NCBI GenBank assembly: GCA_031372565.1
Contig: JANMLN010000093.1
Coordinates: 1 to 30,332 of the forward strand
Source of the DNA: Gemmatimonadota bacterium
GTDB lineage: Bacteria > Gemmatimonadota > Gemmatimonadetes > Gemmatimonadales > Gemmatimonadaceae
Reading direction: 5' to 3'
Length of the DNA stretch: 30,332 nt
Both the position numbers and the translations under genes were made by a program. Shown piece by piece: positions 29,021-30,332 of this stretch (within the stretch, counting starts at the first letter, position 1; every line of letters begins with the position of its first letter). Under the pieces are notes generated by a model. The model did not search any database and was not told the DNA's origin. It saw only the letters and a list, made by a program, of their open reading frames with translations.

Positions 29021-29053
29021 CGACGCCCCGCGCCGGGAGGGCGCGGGGCGTCG
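29021..29053 (-). terminator. GC-rich hairpin after tRNA-Val, probable terminator
   Basis: 14-bp stem CGACGCCCCGCGCC/GGCGCGGGGCGTCG, 5-nt loop; U-tract is weak. Confidence 0.6.
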
Positions 29054-29066
29054 CAGTACACGGCGA

Positions 29067-29140
29067 TGGGCGGTACAAGACTCGAACTTGTGACCTCCAC
29101 GATGTCAACGTGGCGCTCTAACCAACTGAGCTAACCGCCC
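29067..29140 (-). tRNA. tRNA-Val(GAC)
   Basis: Minus strand GGGCGGTTAGCTCAGTTGGTTAGAGCG-CCACG TT GAC AT CGTGG-AGGTCACAAGTTCGAGTCTTGTACCGCCCA. Confidence 0.96.
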
Positions 29141-29198
29141 GATGCTCCTGGCCGCGCGCCGGCGGGAGGCTACCCGCACCGCCAGCGACGACCGTCAG

Positions 29199-29271
29199 AG
29201 CGGGAAACGGGACTCGAACCCGCGACCCCAACCTTGGCAAGGTTGTGCTCTACCAACTGAGCTATACCCGC
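29199..29271 (-). tRNA. tRNA-Gly(GCC)
   Basis: Minus strand GCGGGTATAGCTCAGTTGGTAGAGCA-CAACC TT GCC AA GGTTG-GGGTCGCGGGTTCGAGTCCCGTTTCCCGCT. Confidence 0.95.
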
Positions 29272-29340
29272 ATCGGGACCCTTCGGCCTCGATCGACCCT
29301 ACGATTGTCCGGGCCCGGCAGCCGGTTGCCCGGACTGCCA

Positions 29341-29413
<73 letters not shown>

Positions 29414-29467
29414 GGCACTGCACCGAACAAAAGACGGCCTGCGCCGCCGTCCGTTCGGGAACTTGGC

Positions 29468-29496
29468 AACCTATTCTGGCGTATGCAGAGTGTCAA
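29468..29496 (-). promoter_or_regulatory. Sigma70-type promoter for the tRNA-Ala/Gly/Val cluster
   Basis: Minus strand TTGACA-17 nt-TAGGTT, about 55 bp upstream of tRNA-Ala. Confidence 0.8.
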
Positions 29497-29694
29497 CCAA
29501 CCGCGCTGGCGGAAGTCGCATTCTCGGGTATCTTTCACGGCTATGCCAGAAACCTCTGGCACTCCGTTTCCGAAGTTCTGCCATCGGGCCCGATCAACAC
29601 GCCGCCCACAAGCGCGTATGACTCGGTCACCCGTTTTCACGAGAGCCTGTCGACTCGAGACTGAGCCGGCTCCGCTCGACCCATAGATCCTACC

Positions 29695-30332
29695 ATGGCC
29701 ACTGAACCGAAGCGCCGCCGTCGCCGCGCCGCCCCTGCGGAAATCGCGCCGAACGAACCCGAGCGCGACATCCTCGACCAATACCTCTACGAGGTATCCA
29801 CCTATCCCCTGCTCAAGGGAACCGAGGAGCTCGAACTCGCCCGCCGCATCCGCTCGGGCGATGACGACGCGTTGCAGGAGCTCGTCAAGCGCAACCTGCG
29901 CTTCGTCATCTCCGTCGCCAAGAAGTACCAGAACCGCGGCCTCCCCCTCATCGATCTCATCGGCGAGGGCAACGTCGGATTGCTCACCGCCGCGCGAAAG
30001 TTCGATCCCGACCAGGGCGTCAAGTTCATCTCGTACGCCGTCTGGTGGATTCGTCAGGCCATCCTCTCGTCGCTCGCGCGACAGGGGCGCACCGTGCGCG
30101 TGCCGCTCAACCGCACCGCGGATCTCTCGCGCATCATCAAGGCCTCCGAGATCCTCCGCCAGAAGCTCCGTCGCGAGCCGCTGCCTGAAGAACTCGCCCA
30201 GCTGACCGGGCTCTCCGTCGATGTCGTGCAGTCGCTCGCCGCACTGAACACCGGTGACGTCCGCCTCGACGCTCCCATGGACCCCGAAGGCGATCGCTCG
30301 CTCATCGAGCGCTTCGTCGCCGACGAGATGCC
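29695..30332 (+). CDS. RNA polymerase sigma factor, RpoD/SigA family (runs off the window end; not in ORF track)
   Basis: MATEPKRRRRR...ILDQYLYEVSTYPLL (region 1.2), NLRFVISVAKKYQNRGLPLIDLIGEGNVGL, KFISYAVWWIRQAI, RTVRVPLN. Confidence 0.93.
   Translation, partial: MATEPKRRRRRAAPAEIAPNEPERDILDQYLYEVSTYPLLKGTEELELARRIRSGDDDALQELVKRNLRFVISVAKKYQNRGLPLIDLIGEGNVGLLTAARKFDPDQGVKFISYAVWWIRQAILSSLARQGRTVRVPLNRTADLSRIIKASEILRQKLRREPLPEELAQLTGLSVDVVQSLAALNTGDVRLDAPMDPEGDRSLIERFVADEM

Overview
GC-rich bacterial chromosomal segment. Gene content (eukaryotic-like Ser/Thr kinase with beta-propeller, many secreted proteins) suggests Gemmatimonadota, but that assignment is inference. Left: DASS dicarboxylate transporter, small outer-membrane-like protein, Ser/Thr kinase, a frameshifted kinase/TPR relic, a TPR lipoprotein and a Cys-rich secreted protein. 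Centre: an extended potassium-uptake locus, kdpE - short kdpD (membrane domain + histidine kinase) - small peptide - kdpFABC - beta-barrel porin - stand-alone KdpD N-terminal/Usp protein - catalytically degenerate histidine-kinase-like membrane protein, with four phased CTTCAC repeats upstream of the pump genes. This is followed by a MatB/MatC-like acyl-CoA synthetase and dicarboxylate carrier, a serine hydrolase, DUF2147, a second acyl-CoA ligase, NIPSNAP, an M14 desuccinylase whose N-terminus derives from a kinase gene, and DUF2490. Right: five tRNAs (Pro, Arg, Val, Gly, Ala) in two clusters with clear sigma70 promoters, a TPR/FxLYD-like protein and a truncated RpoD/SigA-family sigma factor. 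No CRISPR array, integrase or transposase was seen. The best candidate for an undescribed system is the three-part KdpD sensor that includes a pseudo-histidine kinase.
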